The notes beneath the pieces were generated by a model. It was not told the origin of the DNA, did not search any database, and saw nothing but the letters and a program-made list of their open reading frames with translations. Shown here one piece after another: positions 22,957 through 32,387 of a stretch of 64,000 nucleotides of DNA (its first letter is position 1; every line of letters starts with the position of its first letter). The stretch is from NCBI GenBank assembly GCA_034439575.1, contig JAWXAQ010000008.1, positions 32,001 to 96,000 of the forward strand. Direction: 5' to 3'. Source of the DNA: Leptospira sp. (GTDB lineage Bacteria; Spirochaetota; Leptospiria; Leptospirales; Leptospiraceae). The translations under genes were made by a program, and so were the position numbers.

Positions 22957-23703
22957 CTAAGAATCGAATCGTGTTGAAAAAATACGATCCCATAGATCAA
23001 AAAAAAGACCAAAATTTCTGTTTGGATACTTATGATGCAAATAATGAAATTGATTTCCTGAATGAAAAGGAATGTGTTTTTGCCATTCCCATGGAAATTT
23101 GTATCCACAATGACCGGAAACCCCTATCCATTGCCGTAAAAAAATCCACATATAAAAAACCCAGACATTGGCACCTAACAACAATGGGCCGCTATAAAAA
23201 CTGAGTGAAATCAGTATATATTCAATCGGATGAAAATGAATGGCTGCGAGAACCGAGCTATGTCGATAGGAATGATGTATTCGATGTACTTTATGATATA
23301 AGAAGGGAGAATGTAAATGTCTATGATAAAAATAGAATAACAGATCGTCTAACATCAAAAAGAATAGTATTTGTAAAATGGAAATAATAAATCCTGGGAA
23401 TGGGGAAAGATTAATCTGACTTAAACTTAGCAATGGCCAAAAAATCACAGACAAACAAAAAAGTAGGATCGAATTAAGAATAAAAAGAAAGATTGATTTA
23501 TGGCCTAAATTTTTGTTAGTTTTTGTTTCAATTCTATATTTATTAAATCTTGTAATTTTTAAGTGATCAATTATCAAATAGGGAAGTGCAAGAATTATAT
23601 AAGATATGATCGAAAATAAGACCGCATATATCGAAAACCATAAACATCTATCATCTTGGTAAATGTTCAGTATGGGCTGAATAAAAAATGTTAGTTGATC
23701 CAT
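22957..23703 (-). CDS. sterol desaturase/fatty-acid hydroxylase superfamily protein (ERG25/CH25H-like)
   Basis: His boxes YHRHLH, HRIHH, GHCGYKFPW, FHYLHH; NFG..FDLWDRIFST. Confidence 0.9.
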   Translation of the reverse strand: MDQLTFFIQPILNIYQDDRCLWFSIYAVLFSIISYIILALPYLIIDHLKITRFNKYRIETKTNKNLGHKSIFLFILNSILLFCLSVIFWPLLSLSQINLSPFPGFIISILQILFFLMLDDLLFYFYHRHLHSPFLYHKVHRIHHSYRHSSVLAAIHFHPIEYILISLSFYSGPLLLGANVWVFYMWIFLRQWIGVSGHCGYKFPWEWQKHIPFHSGNQFHYLHHKYPNRNFGLFFDLWDRIFSTRFDS

Positions 23704-23710
23704 TTGTAAA

Positions 23711-24586
23711 TTAAGTTTTTAATTTAGCTAAAGCAATATTTTCACGAATGGTTTTTTTTAGCTTACTTCCAGGCATTGATTTCAAAACAAAGTTAGGTGA
23801 AATTATTTGCATTAAATCAAATCCTAATGGTTTTAGAAAATCTTTTAAATCCGTTGCTTGAATCCCCCATAAAAAAGGTTCGCGTTTCACTCGAAGATAA
23901 CTATTAACTAACAAATTATTATCATAAAATATGGGTTTACCTTGTAAATTTACCTCGATAAAAGTGAATAAAAGATATACGTTTTTAAAATTGAACGAAA
24001 GGCTGAATAAGTGTTCTTTGATCTTTTGCTCTGATAGATACATAAAAAGTCCTTCTGCATAAACTAAGGTAGATTCTTCGAATTGAATATCTTTCGGAAA
24101 CAAAGCTTCATGAAAAAAGTCTACAGGATGTAATACGAAGTTTTCTTTTTTGATCCCCGTTTTTTCAAACGATATCTTTTTTACTAATTGAGTCGCCGGA
24201 TGATCTAATTCCCAAATTTTAATTTTTGGAAATTGATCAGTTACACGAAGGCTAAAAGTATCAAAACCGGACCCTAACACAAGCAAGGTTGATATTTTTT
24301 CCTTTTCAAATAAATCTAGTGCTATTTCACTCAGAATGTTTTTTCTTATAGCATAGTGTGCAATTAAGTTTGGAAAGAAAGTAGATTCAATCACAGAAAT
24401 AATCTTTCGAAAAAAGGAAAACTTCAATAGTCGAAGAATCAGATTCTTTCTTTTTCCAAAAGAATCTATACAATTTTTTTGAAATAGAATATATTTATTA
24501 GAAACTAAATTTGATTTTTCAAAATGTAAATATAAAATACATAAAGAAATTAATCTTGCTGTACCGCTTGGTGAAGATTCCTTCAT
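23711..24586 (-). CDS. class I SAM-dependent methyltransferase, leucine-carboxyl-methyltransferase (LCM) family
   Basis: PSGTA, VLGSGFDT, WELDHP, AEGLFMYL, EPFLWG. Confidence 0.88.
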   Translation of the reverse strand: MKESSPSGTARLISLCILYLHFEKSNLVSNKYILFQKNCIDSFGKRKNLILRLLKFSFFRKIISVIESTFFPNLIAHYAIRKNILSEIALDLFEKEKISTLLVLGSGFDTFSLRVTDQFPKIKIWELDHPATQLVKKISFEKTGIKKENFVLHPVDFFHEALFPKDIQFEESTLVYAEGLFMYLSEQKIKEHLFSLSFNFKNVYLLFTFIEVNLQGKPIFYDNNLLVNSYLRVKREPFLWGIQATDLKDFLKPLGFDLMQIISPNFVLKSMPGSKLKKTIRENIALAKLKT

Positions 24587-24597
24587 ATGTTTACCAC

Positions 24598-26214
24598 TTA
24601 ATCATTGATAATCGGTTGTTCATTTGTGAAATAATTCCATTTGTATTGAGAATCGCGCATACCCATTTGAAATTTCCCATATACGATAGAATTAATCGTG
24701 CCTTTCGGAATATTGATTAATCGTAGGGGATTTATCCTTTGTGATTTTCGTTTGGTTTCATATTCCCAATTTGCAATTTGTAAGAAGTCATCAAATTTTT
24801 TTGACAAAACATTTATTTTTTCTTTGTTTTCTATATCAGATATCTCGCAAAACAATTCGTAGCCATTATAATCTTGAGAAGGATATATTATAAATCGTTC
24901 ATCATTCAAAATTAATTCTAGCTTCAATTGTTCTCTTGCAAATAGAAAATGATTGATGTGCAATTTTTCACCGACAAGATCAGACATATCTTTGTTTTTA
25001 CGCATAAATTTTATAATCGGAGCTTCTTTATAAAAACCAGTGACTTGGATGACATCACCTAGGTCATAACGATATAAGCCACTTGCGTTCGTAATTAAAA
25101 TATAATATTCTTTTCCTGCTTCCAAATCATCTATTTGCAAACAATTGTATTGCTCATTTTCGTATTCATTCTTTGGAATGAATTCATAAAAATTATTATG
25201 TATCGCAAGGATTCCCTCTGAAGTGTTGTCTCGAAAAGGTAAACTCATTCTCGCTTCACTTGCGTGAAAGCCCAAATCGCGAAGAGGGATAGATGGAAAT
25301 TTTTCTTTTAATTTAGTAACTTGACTGCCACAAGATCCACCTAACCATACCGAAATCATTTTTAAATTTTCCCAATAAGTGAGCGGATTGAATTTCCCAG
25401 CATTTAAATTTATGTTTTTTTCAAACCGCCTTGCTACATTTATATTTGGTTTGAATAAGTGATTCATTCTTATTTTATCTTCATGGATAGAAAATCCTCC
25501 TTCATAAAAAGATCGTAGTATCATATCCGTAGACTCACCGAGTTTGTCCAATAATTGAAGGATGGTACCAGAGTTAGGTGTCGCGATAAAGGAAATATCT
25601 TTTGTAAGGGCAGATCGAACGATTAATAAATAACGAAGATTAAAATCTTCTTCTTCAAAAACCTCATATGGAACTGCATACTTATTGCGGATGAACCAAG
25701 GAGCTGATTTGTAAGCTATTCCTGATGCGGAACCAATCGGAACTCCCGAAGGAGAGTAAGTCTCTATCGCTCTTCCTGGAATCGCTAATCGAAACCCATC
25801 CATAGCAGATGGATGATCTGTTAATAATCCTCCAATCCAAGTGTCCAATAAATGTTTTGATTGATTATGAAACGAGCGCGTCACAGGAATATGTTTTGGA
25901 TTGTTTGTGGTACCACTTGTTAAATTGAAAAAATTTACTTTTTCTTTTGTCAAAACATTTGGAATTCCCTTCATAATACTTTCAATTTGTGATTGGTACG
26001 AAATATAATTATGTATAGGTATAGATTTCTGAAATTTTGAAATTGAAAAATTTTGATATATTGATTTGAAATCATACTCCTTACCAAAATTAGTATGATG
26101 GTTGTTAACCAAAACATGTTTCAAATATTCGATTTGAATATTTTGTGCGTTCTTGCAACTTTTTTGAAATTGGTTAAATTTATTCTTTAGAAAAGATAAT
26201 AAAATTGGATTCAT
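24598..26214 (-). CDS. GH3-family acyl-adenylate/amide ligase
   Basis: Motif I LTSGTT..PKHIP, motif II GFHASE, motif III GLYRYDLGDVI; GEKL; YETKR. Confidence 0.9.
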   Translation of the reverse strand: MNPILLSFLKNKFNQFQKSCKNAQNIQIEYLKHVLVNNHHTNFGKEYDFKSIYQNFSISKFQKSIPIHNYISYQSQIESIMKGIPNVLTKEKVNFFNLTSGTTNNPKHIPVTRSFHNQSKHLLDTWIGGLLTDHPSAMDGFRLAIPGRAIETYSPSGVPIGSASGIAYKSAPWFIRNKYAVPYEVFEEEDFNLRYLLIVRSALTKDISFIATPNSGTILQLLDKLGESTDMILRSFYEGGFSIHEDKIRMNHLFKPNINVARRFEKNINLNAGKFNPLTYWENLKMISVWLGGSCGSQVTKLKEKFPSIPLRDLGFHASEARMSLPFRDNTSEGILAIHNNFYEFIPKNEYENEQYNCLQIDDLEAGKEYYILITNASGLYRYDLGDVIQVTGFYKEAPIIKFMRKNKDMSDLVGEKLHINHFLFAREQLKLELILNDERFIIYPSQDYNGYELFCEISDIENKEKINVLSKKFDDFLQIANWEYETKRKSQRINPLRLINIPKGTINSIVYGKFQMGMRDSQYKWNYFTNEQPIIND

Positions 26215-26236
26215 AGCTTAACACATTGGGTTCATT

Positions 26237-27382
26237 TTAATTAGAATATTTTTGAAGAATTTTTTCATTGATCGTATATCCAAAACTAAGTGATTTTTGA
26301 ACTTCCAATTTTCCCGCATAACCAATAGAATTTGATTTAAAATCGATATCTGATTTTAATAATAAATTTCCATATCCGCCTTCTAAATACTTTGTTTCTG
26401 TAAAATGAGATGCAAGTAATTGCCCAACTTTTGAAAGGATAGATAGTTCTCCCACATGGCAACCAATCTGGAACCAAATATGATTTTCATTCGCAAGATT
26501 CACCATCTTTATAAAAGGATAAATACCACCAAGCCTGGAGATCCGGAGATTAAAGGCGTCATAACTTTTTGTTTCAATGATGTCGAGAGCATCTTGTTTG
26601 GTGATCAAAGATTCGTCTGCCATGAGTGGAATTCCAATTTCCTTTTTAATATAACTAATTTCTTTATGTTGTCCTCGGATGAAAGGCTGCTCAATGGAAA
26701 TAATATTTAATTTATTGAATTTATTTAAGGAATTAATATCTGATTTATTTTTTAAATCGTAAGCGGAATTGGCGTCTAGTCGGATTCGAATGTTTTGACC
26801 TAAGGCGAAACGAATCATATCCAATCTTTCATAATCTTGAAATCGATTTAATTTGACTTTGTAATCCTTGAATCCAAAAGCAAACATTGATAATGCGAAA
26901 ATAGTAGACTTGATAGGAGGATAGGCACCAATACCAGTTCCATAATTAAGGAATTTTTGATGCAAAGAAAAAAAATCGTGAAAGGAAGCACCGATACGAT
27001 GAAAAAGACAATCTATAAGAGCGAGTTCGGTGGCAGATTTCGCAGCATTCCAAGCTATGACTTTGTCAGATGAAATATTTGGAAATTCCGTGTGGAATTC
27101 TTTTAAGAATTGAAGTAATTCTTTTTGATTTTGAATCAAACAATTCCAATTTTTTTTTATTATCCAGGGATTAATCTGGTTTTTCAAAAAGGATTCACAG
27201 GATAACAAATCTTCACCGGTCACATATGTTCTCGGTGCTCCTTCTCCAAAGCCAATATTTCCTTTTTCATCTGATATCCGTACGATGATTGATTCAGATT
27301 GAAATCGATTGCTAAGATTATGAGAAAAAGAAAACCGCATTGGTATTTTAACTTTGAATACGTGAAATGTATTAATTTTCAT
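26237..27382 (-). CDS. enolase-superfamily enzyme (MLE subgroup), function unknown
   Basis: GFGEGAPR..VTGE, YKVKL, RLDAN, IEQP, MADES metal ligands; atypical NLRISRLGG and YLEGGYG. Confidence 0.88.
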   Translation of the reverse strand: MKINTFHVFKVKIPMRFSFSHNLSNRFQSESIIVRISDEKGNIGFGEGAPRTYVTGEDLLSCESFLKNQINPWIIKKNWNCLIQNQKELLQFLKEFHTEFPNISSDKVIAWNAAKSATELALIDCLFHRIGASFHDFFSLHQKFLNYGTGIGAYPPIKSTIFALSMFAFGFKDYKVKLNRFQDYERLDMIRFALGQNIRIRLDANSAYDLKNKSDINSLNKFNKLNIISIEQPFIRGQHKEISYIKKEIGIPLMADESLITKQDALDIIETKSYDAFNLRISRLGGIYPFIKMVNLANENHIWFQIGCHVGELSILSKVGQLLASHFTETKYLEGGYGNLLLKSDIDFKSNSIGYAGKLEVQKSLSFGYTINEKILQKYSN

Positions 27383-27437
27383 ATAAAGGGATGATTAAAT
27401 ATAAACTAATGTTTGTTTGCAGAAATCAGATATAGGG

Positions 27438-27467
27438 ATTTTAATGCATTAAGAAGTGTTATGTCAA
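27438..27467 (-). promoter_or_regulatory. candidate sigma70 promoter of the enolase-GH3 operon with overlapping palindrome
   Basis: Minus strand TTGACA-18nt-TAAAAT; perfect palindrome TTAATGCATTAA at 27441-27452. Confidence 0.5.
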
Positions 27468-27611
27468 ACTCTTCTTTGGATCGTTCAAAGAAGTCTTTCG
27501 ATTTCGAAATGTTTAAACCCTGACTCCTTGAAGAAAAAACCATAATTTCTCATCAAAAAATTGAAACTTCCTCCCATTTCTTGATCCCAATCAGAACTTA
27601 AAAAAACCCAA

Positions 27612-27637
27612 AAAATAGTTCGATATTGAATTATTTT
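27612..27637. promoter_or_regulatory. 26-bp imperfect palindrome, candidate repressor operator upstream of the alkene reductase
   Basis: AAAATAGTTCGAT|ATTGAATTATTTT; 11 of 13 positions symmetric. Confidence 0.55.
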
Positions 27638-27693
27638 ATATCAAATAAACACACATTCGGTCTAATCAGTGAATTACGCTTTGGAGTTTAAAA

Positions 27694-28767
27694 TTGAGCA
27701 AATTGTTTTCACCTACTGATTTAGGACCTATTAAATTAAAAAACCGAGTCGTTATGGCTCCCATGACAAGATCAAGATCGATTGGAAATATCCCGAATGA
27801 TTTAGTCGCCACCTATTATGAACAGCGTTCAGAGGCTGGGCTGATCATCACTGAGGGAACATCCCCTTCTCCGAATGGACTTGGTTATGCGAGAATTCCG
27901 GGTATTTTTTCTAAGGAGCAGGTAGCTGGTTGGAAAAAAGTTACTGAGAAAGTTCATGCTAAAGCGAGTAAAATTTTTGTTCAATTGATGCATACCGGAC
28001 GAATTGGACACCAAGCGAACCTACCGAATGGTGCAGAGATTCTGGCTCCGTCTGCAGTGCTCGCCAAAGGCCAAATGTGGACAGATGCAGAAGGGATGAA
28101 AGACCATCCCGTTCCAAAGGAAATGACACTTTCTCAAATTCAAGAAGCTATCAATGAATATACCAATGCTTCCAAAAATGCCATCGAAGCTGGTTTCGAT
28201 GGCGTTGAATTACATGCAGCTAATGGGTATTTATTGGAGCAATTTTTGCATCCTACATCGAACATTAGAAATGATGAATATGGTGGCAGTCATCAAAAAC
28301 GATTGAAATTTGTTTTGGAAACTGTTGCTTCCGTCGTGAATGCCATTGGAAAAGAAAAAGTAGGGATACGTTTGTCGCCATACGGTGCATTTAATGATCT
28401 TTTTCCTTTTGAAGAAACCGAAATAGAATATACTCTTTTAGCAGAAAAATTAAATGAATTGGGCATTGCCTATATTCATTTGGTGGATCACTCTTCAATG
28501 GGAGCACCAAAAGTAGAACCGTCAACTGTGAAAAAAATCCGCGAAGCCTTCAAAGGAACTTTGATATTAAGTGGAGGTTATGACCGAGTAAGGGCAGAAG
28601 CCGACATAGATTCTGGAAATGCTGATCTGGTCGCTTTTGGAAAACCGTTTCTATCTAACCCAAATTTGGTGACTAAATTGGAGAAAGGTTTAGCTCTCTT
28701 ACCGATTGACGAATCAAAACTTTATACAGCGGATGAGAAAGGTTATACGGACTATGCTTTAGTATAA
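27694..28767 (+). CDS. Old Yellow Enzyme family alkene reductase (NemA/OPR-like)
   Basis: LKNRVVMAPMTRSR, QLMHTGR, ELHAANGYLLEQF, IRLSPYG, GYTDY. Confidence 0.93.
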   Translation: MSKLFSPTDLGPIKLKNRVVMAPMTRSRSIGNIPNDLVATYYEQRSEAGLIITEGTSPSPNGLGYARIPGIFSKEQVAGWKKVTEKVHAKASKIFVQLMHTGRIGHQANLPNGAEILAPSAVLAKGQMWTDAEGMKDHPVPKEMTLSQIQEAINEYTNASKNAIEAGFDGVELHAANGYLLEQFLHPTSNIRNDEYGGSHQKRLKFVLETVASVVNAIGKEKVGIRLSPYGAFNDLFPFEETEIEYTLLAEKLNELGIAYIHLVDHSSMGAPKVEPSTVKKIREAFKGTLILSGGYDRVRAEADIDSGNADLVAFGKPFLSNPNLVTKLEKGLALLPIDESKLYTADEKGYTDYALV

Positions 28768-28803
28768 AATTGAATCTGATTTAAAAATTTAATAGAAAAT
28801 TTG

Positions 28804-28834
28804 CTCGAACTTTAACATTCAATTAAGGTTCGAG
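28804..28834. terminator. hairpin between convergent genes overlapping the stop codon at 28823
   Basis: CTCGAACTTTAA-7nt-TTAAGGTTCGAG; one G-U pair or mismatch. Confidence 0.6.
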
Positions 28835-29497
28835 TTTTCCTTCCATATACGATTGCAATTCTTGTTGTAAACCTTCTGGTAAATCAAGTCCTCTTGCTCT
28901 AATCCTCTCATTGTACTTGTTAAACGACATTCTATGTTGATTTGTATTTAGGTAACCTTCTAAAGCTTCAGATGCCCAAGGAATAATCTCTCGAACAAAG
29001 TCATGATTTTCTTCTAATTCATCACAATAAGGGATAAATAGAGGACGATTGACAGGTCTACCGATATTGCGATAAAAAAGTAAACAAAACAAAGTTTCAT
29101 CACCAAGTACTTGTTCTGTCCTTATTTTTTCTTCTACATATTTTAGATTAATTGTATCAAGGTATTCAATATTGAAAGTTTCGGGCTGGAGTCGTTTAAC
29201 TATAAATTTGCGGATTTCTTCTTTTACGAAAGTTACATTTGGGCAATGATTTGGGCAGGATCCTTGGTCTTTGTGCAAGTCACATTCAATTAGTAAAATA
29301 CAGTCCACGTCAGAAGTAGGTTCTACTATTCCAAAATTGATGGAGCCCAAAATTTCAAGGGCTACCTCATAGCCTTTGCGTGACAATTCTTGCGTAGCAA
29401 GTCGAAAGGCTTGCATTCGTTTGAGGGCATACTTCGTATCGTAGTTTCGATATTTATTTTTGAGTACCAAATACCTTTCGACTATGTTCTTTGACAT
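28823..29497 (-). CDS. hypothetical protein with DNA pol-beta-type nucleotidyltransferase motif
   Basis: ILGSINFGIVEPTSDVDCILL fits hGS-x(9-13)-DhD; start moved to MSKN, which follows SD GGAGG. Confidence 0.6.
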   Translation of the reverse strand: MSKNIVERYLVLKNKYRNYDTKYALKRMQAFRLATQELSRKGYEVALEILGSINFGIVEPTSDVDCILLIECDLHKDQGSCPNHCPNVTFVKEEIRKFIVKRLQPETFNIEYLDTINLKYVEEKIRTEQVLGDETLFCLLFYRNIGRPVNRPLFIPYCDELEENHDFVREIIPWASEALEGYLNTNQHRMSFNKYNERIRARGLDLPEGLQQELQSYMEGKLEP

Positions 29498-29603
29498 AGA
29501 GCCTCCAAATTCCAAACCCTCAGAATTCTCACAATTTGAATTTCCAAGTTCTGCAGCTTTTGGTATACAGAAATTCTTTTTTCGCCGATAGTTAAGATTA
29601 GTT

Positions 29604-31613
29604 ATGATTTCCCTGAGAGTTTTAAATAGAATCTGGATTTTTGGAATCCTAATTGTAACATTCTCTATTTTGGAAGCTGGGGAAGAAGACCGTAGAAATC
29701 AGCTAAAGGATTTGTATTTAAATCCCTTGCAAGTGATAAGCCCTGAAGAAATCCAATCGCTTGATACCGAAAAAAGAATCCCCATTGATGAAGACTCTGG
29801 TATAGCTTTAAAACCCACACCACCACCGGCTGTAGACCCAAATCTGCCACCAAGTGATTTTCCAGCAGATCCTACAGAAACAGATACCACACAAGAGACA
29901 GGACCCAAAAATTTAGAAACAAAAATACGTGAAGTAGAAGGATTACTTAAAAGATATTACAGTCAATTTATTGAAGAGAAACGGATTTGGGAAGATAGAG
30001 AAAGAGGAAATATTTATAATTCAAGGTCGGATCAAAATGATGTTAGGTTATTACTATGGCAAAATACTCATAAATTAGCTGAGACATTTGTGGTAAGGGA
30101 TTCACCAGTGTTGTACGAATTGCACTTAAGAGCTGCTAAATTATATGCAGAAGCGGGAAAAACGGCACCTTCACTTAGACATTATTTGGCAGGATTTCGA
30201 TATCACCCACTGGATTTAACAGAGGAAATGTTTAGAGAAGGGGAATGGCAAAAAGAAGATTTTAAACAAACCTGGTTACCTCAAGCTAACGAACATAAAA
30301 CGAATTTCGCAGAGTTTAAAAAAGCAGAAAAAGAATGGGAAGAAAGTAAAGATAATTTGCATACATCGCTTGCCAATCTTGCCAAAAAAAATAGATCTCT
30401 CGCAGAAATTCAGAATGAAGAAACTAGACAAAAACAAATCGTATCTTTGAAAGAAAAATCATATTTAGAAGCTTTAAAAAAATATGAATCATCAAAATTA
30501 GAAAATTATAATAAATATTTGGTTCAAAAACAAAAATCGGATTCTACAAACTTATACGAAATGGCCGCCGTAGTTAAAAAAATAGAGGATGATAACAAGG
30601 AAAGGCTTAAAATTATAAACAAACTCGGAACGGCGGGTAAAGGAATTTATGTTTTATTTGATTACAAAAGAAATGTGGATTTTTTCGCCTATGAATTGTT
30701 ACTTGAGAAAGCTTATAGCCAATGGCCAGAAAATCCATCCGTCATATTTGATATAGCGGAACAATACCGTCAAGATAGCCAAAAAGAAAAAGCCATAGAT
30801 TTTTATGAAAAATATGTAAATTTACTGAATAAAGAAAATATTTTAGATGAAATTCAAACTGAAAAATTGAAAAATACTTACCTTCGACTTGCAACTTTAA
30901 ATGCAGATATCAAGCGTAAGGTGATTGCCAGTGCTTGGTATGAGAAATTCTTTCAAATTTCCCAAGATTCAAAAGAAAAAACAAGAGTATCCTTTGAAAT
31001 GGGAGTATTTTTTGCCACACACATTGGTGATTTAAAAAAGGCTTCGAATTATCTTATCTATTGGTTGGAAAGAAATAGTAAAGATTGGAACCCAAGTTTA
31101 AATGAAAATACGGGTTTGGAAGAATTGGAAGCCATTTCCTTTTTTCATCTTTCTCGTTTGGACAAACAGAACCGAAAATCGGAAGCAGAGCGAAGCAAAC
31201 TCAATTTAGCTTACAACCAATGGAAAAAAATCGACGCTGAGTTATTGGAAGCTGAAAAACTATCAGTAGATTTAAAATCTCAAAAACAAAAAATTAAAAA
31301 AGATTTATTGGTAACCACAGAAGATGAAGCACTTTCAAAATACCGCCTTGTTGATTTAAAAATCGAAGACGCAGAAGCAAGACTTCGAGTTTTGAAAACG
31401 AAACTAGACAAAGTGCCAGTATTAAAGATTGTTTATCGGTTGGCTGTACTTGCAGAAGGGAGTCATGATTTTGAAAAAGCCAAGGGATATTATCAAACAG
31501 TGATTGAACTTGGCGGAGAGACCGAAATCCAAGCGGCACTTCGTGAAAAGAAAAGAGTAGAAAAAATTATTTCAACCGGAGTGATTGATCCACCATTTAA
31601 CGAGAGTATTTGA
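29604..31613 (+). CDS. exported TPR/coiled-coil protein
   Basis: Signal peptide, Pro-rich linker, several TPR-like helical repeats. Confidence 0.7.
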   Translation: MISLRVLNRIWIFGILIVTFSILEAGEEDRRNQLKDLYLNPLQVISPEEIQSLDTEKRIPIDEDSGIALKPTPPPAVDPNLPPSDFPADPTETDTTQETGPKNLETKIREVEGLLKRYYSQFIEEKRIWEDRERGNIYNSRSDQNDVRLLLWQNTHKLAETFVVRDSPVLYELHLRAAKLYAEAGKTAPSLRHYLAGFRYHPLDLTEEMFREGEWQKEDFKQTWLPQANEHKTNFAEFKKAEKEWEESKDNLHTSLANLAKKNRSLAEIQNEETRQKQIVSLKEKSYLEALKKYESSKLENYNKYLVQKQKSDSTNLYEMAAVVKKIEDDNKERLKIINKLGTAGKGIYVLFDYKRNVDFFAYELLLEKAYSQWPENPSVIFDIAEQYRQDSQKEKAIDFYEKYVNLLNKENILDEIQTEKLKNTYLRLATLNADIKRKVIASAWYEKFFQISQDSKEKTRVSFEMGVFFATHIGDLKKASNYLIYWLERNSKDWNPSLNENTGLEELEAISFFHLSRLDKQNRKSEAERSKLNLAYNQWKKIDAELLEAEKLSVDLKSQKQKIKKDLLVTTEDEALSKYRLVDLKIEDAEARLRVLKTKLDKVPVLKIVYRLAVLAEGSHDFEKAKGYYQTVIELGGETEIQAALREKKRVEKIISTGVIDPPFNESI

Positions 31614-32097
31614 TGATTTCGTCTTCTTGTTCTGCGGCTAACTCTTGCTCAACGGTTTCTTCAGTGTAACCTTCTTCTGGCAATACTTGAAACTTCACTT
31701 CATCAACCACGTCCCCTTCGTAAACAATCTTTATTAAATATTCGCCTGTTCGTAATTCAGAAAATGAATCGCGGATGGCACCGGATTCCACTTCCACATT
31801 TTTCTTTTTGATATCAATCTCGACGAAATCCAATTCGTATCGATTGAGTGAAATATAAAAGTCCGTTTCAGAACCTGGGTTTCTGGAAAATTGATACACA
31901 TAGTGAATGGTATCTGAAGGAGAAAAGATAAGTCCATCTCTCATCATTTTATAATCAGTCACCATTTGGATATGGCGCTCTAAGATATTTAATTTCTCAG
32001 CTTTGGATGTCGCCCAGCCAAATTCACCTTTCGGTACACCACAATTGATAGTAAAAAGGATAAAGAAAAAAACTATGGAACGGCAGAGATAAGACAT
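31597..32097 (-). CDS. hypothetical lipoprotein
   Basis: Start re-assigned to MSYLCR giving lipobox FTINC; beta-rich domain. Confidence 0.65.
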   Translation of the reverse strand: MSYLCRSIVFFFILFTINCGVPKGEFGWATSKAEKLNILERHIQMVTDYKMMRDGLIFSPSDTIHYVYQFSRNPGSETDFYISLNRYELDFVEIDIKKKNVEVESGAIRDSFSELRTGEYLIKIVYEGDVVDEVKFQVLPEEGYTEETVEQELAAEQEDEIIKYSR

Positions 32098-32145
32098 ATT
32101 ACTTACATCATCGGGCGATGATGTAATTTTCAAAAAACAAAAATA

Positions 32146-32361
32146 TCAGTCTTCGACGACTCTTGCTTTCTCGGAAATGTCTTTCTCTTTTTTGGCAATT
32201 GGTTTTTCACCATTTCTATAGACAAAAACCTTGGGATCTTGGTTCTCATGGTTCATTCGCGACGGAAAGGTAAATATCCGTGCAATGATGCGAAAAACAT
32301 AATAAAGAAGCAGAGAAAAAATTAGTATTTTGATCACGAAATTAGACTCCCACTGAAACAA
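32146..32361 (-). CDS. small single-TM hypothetical protein
   Basis: Hydrophobic N-terminal helix and charged tail; co-oriented and closely spaced after pgsW. Start uncertain. Confidence 0.6.
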   Translation of the reverse strand: MFQWESNFVIKILIFSLLLYYVFRIIARIFTFPSRMNHENQDPKVFVYRNGEKPIAKKEKDISEKARVVED

Positions 32362-32387
32362 AGAAGGATCAACTCTTTTCTAGGCCA

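Noticed and set aside
27400-27580. Short minus-strand ORFs (about 22-45 aa) upstream of the enolase gene as possible precursor peptides
   Set aside because: No leader/core pattern, one overlaps the candidate promoter, and the neighbouring enzymes act on small carboxylates; cannot be supported without conservation data.
22947-27693. Mobile-element boundaries around the GH3 cluster
   Set aside because: No transposase, integrase or flanking direct repeats found by eye; lateral origin rests only on composition and context.
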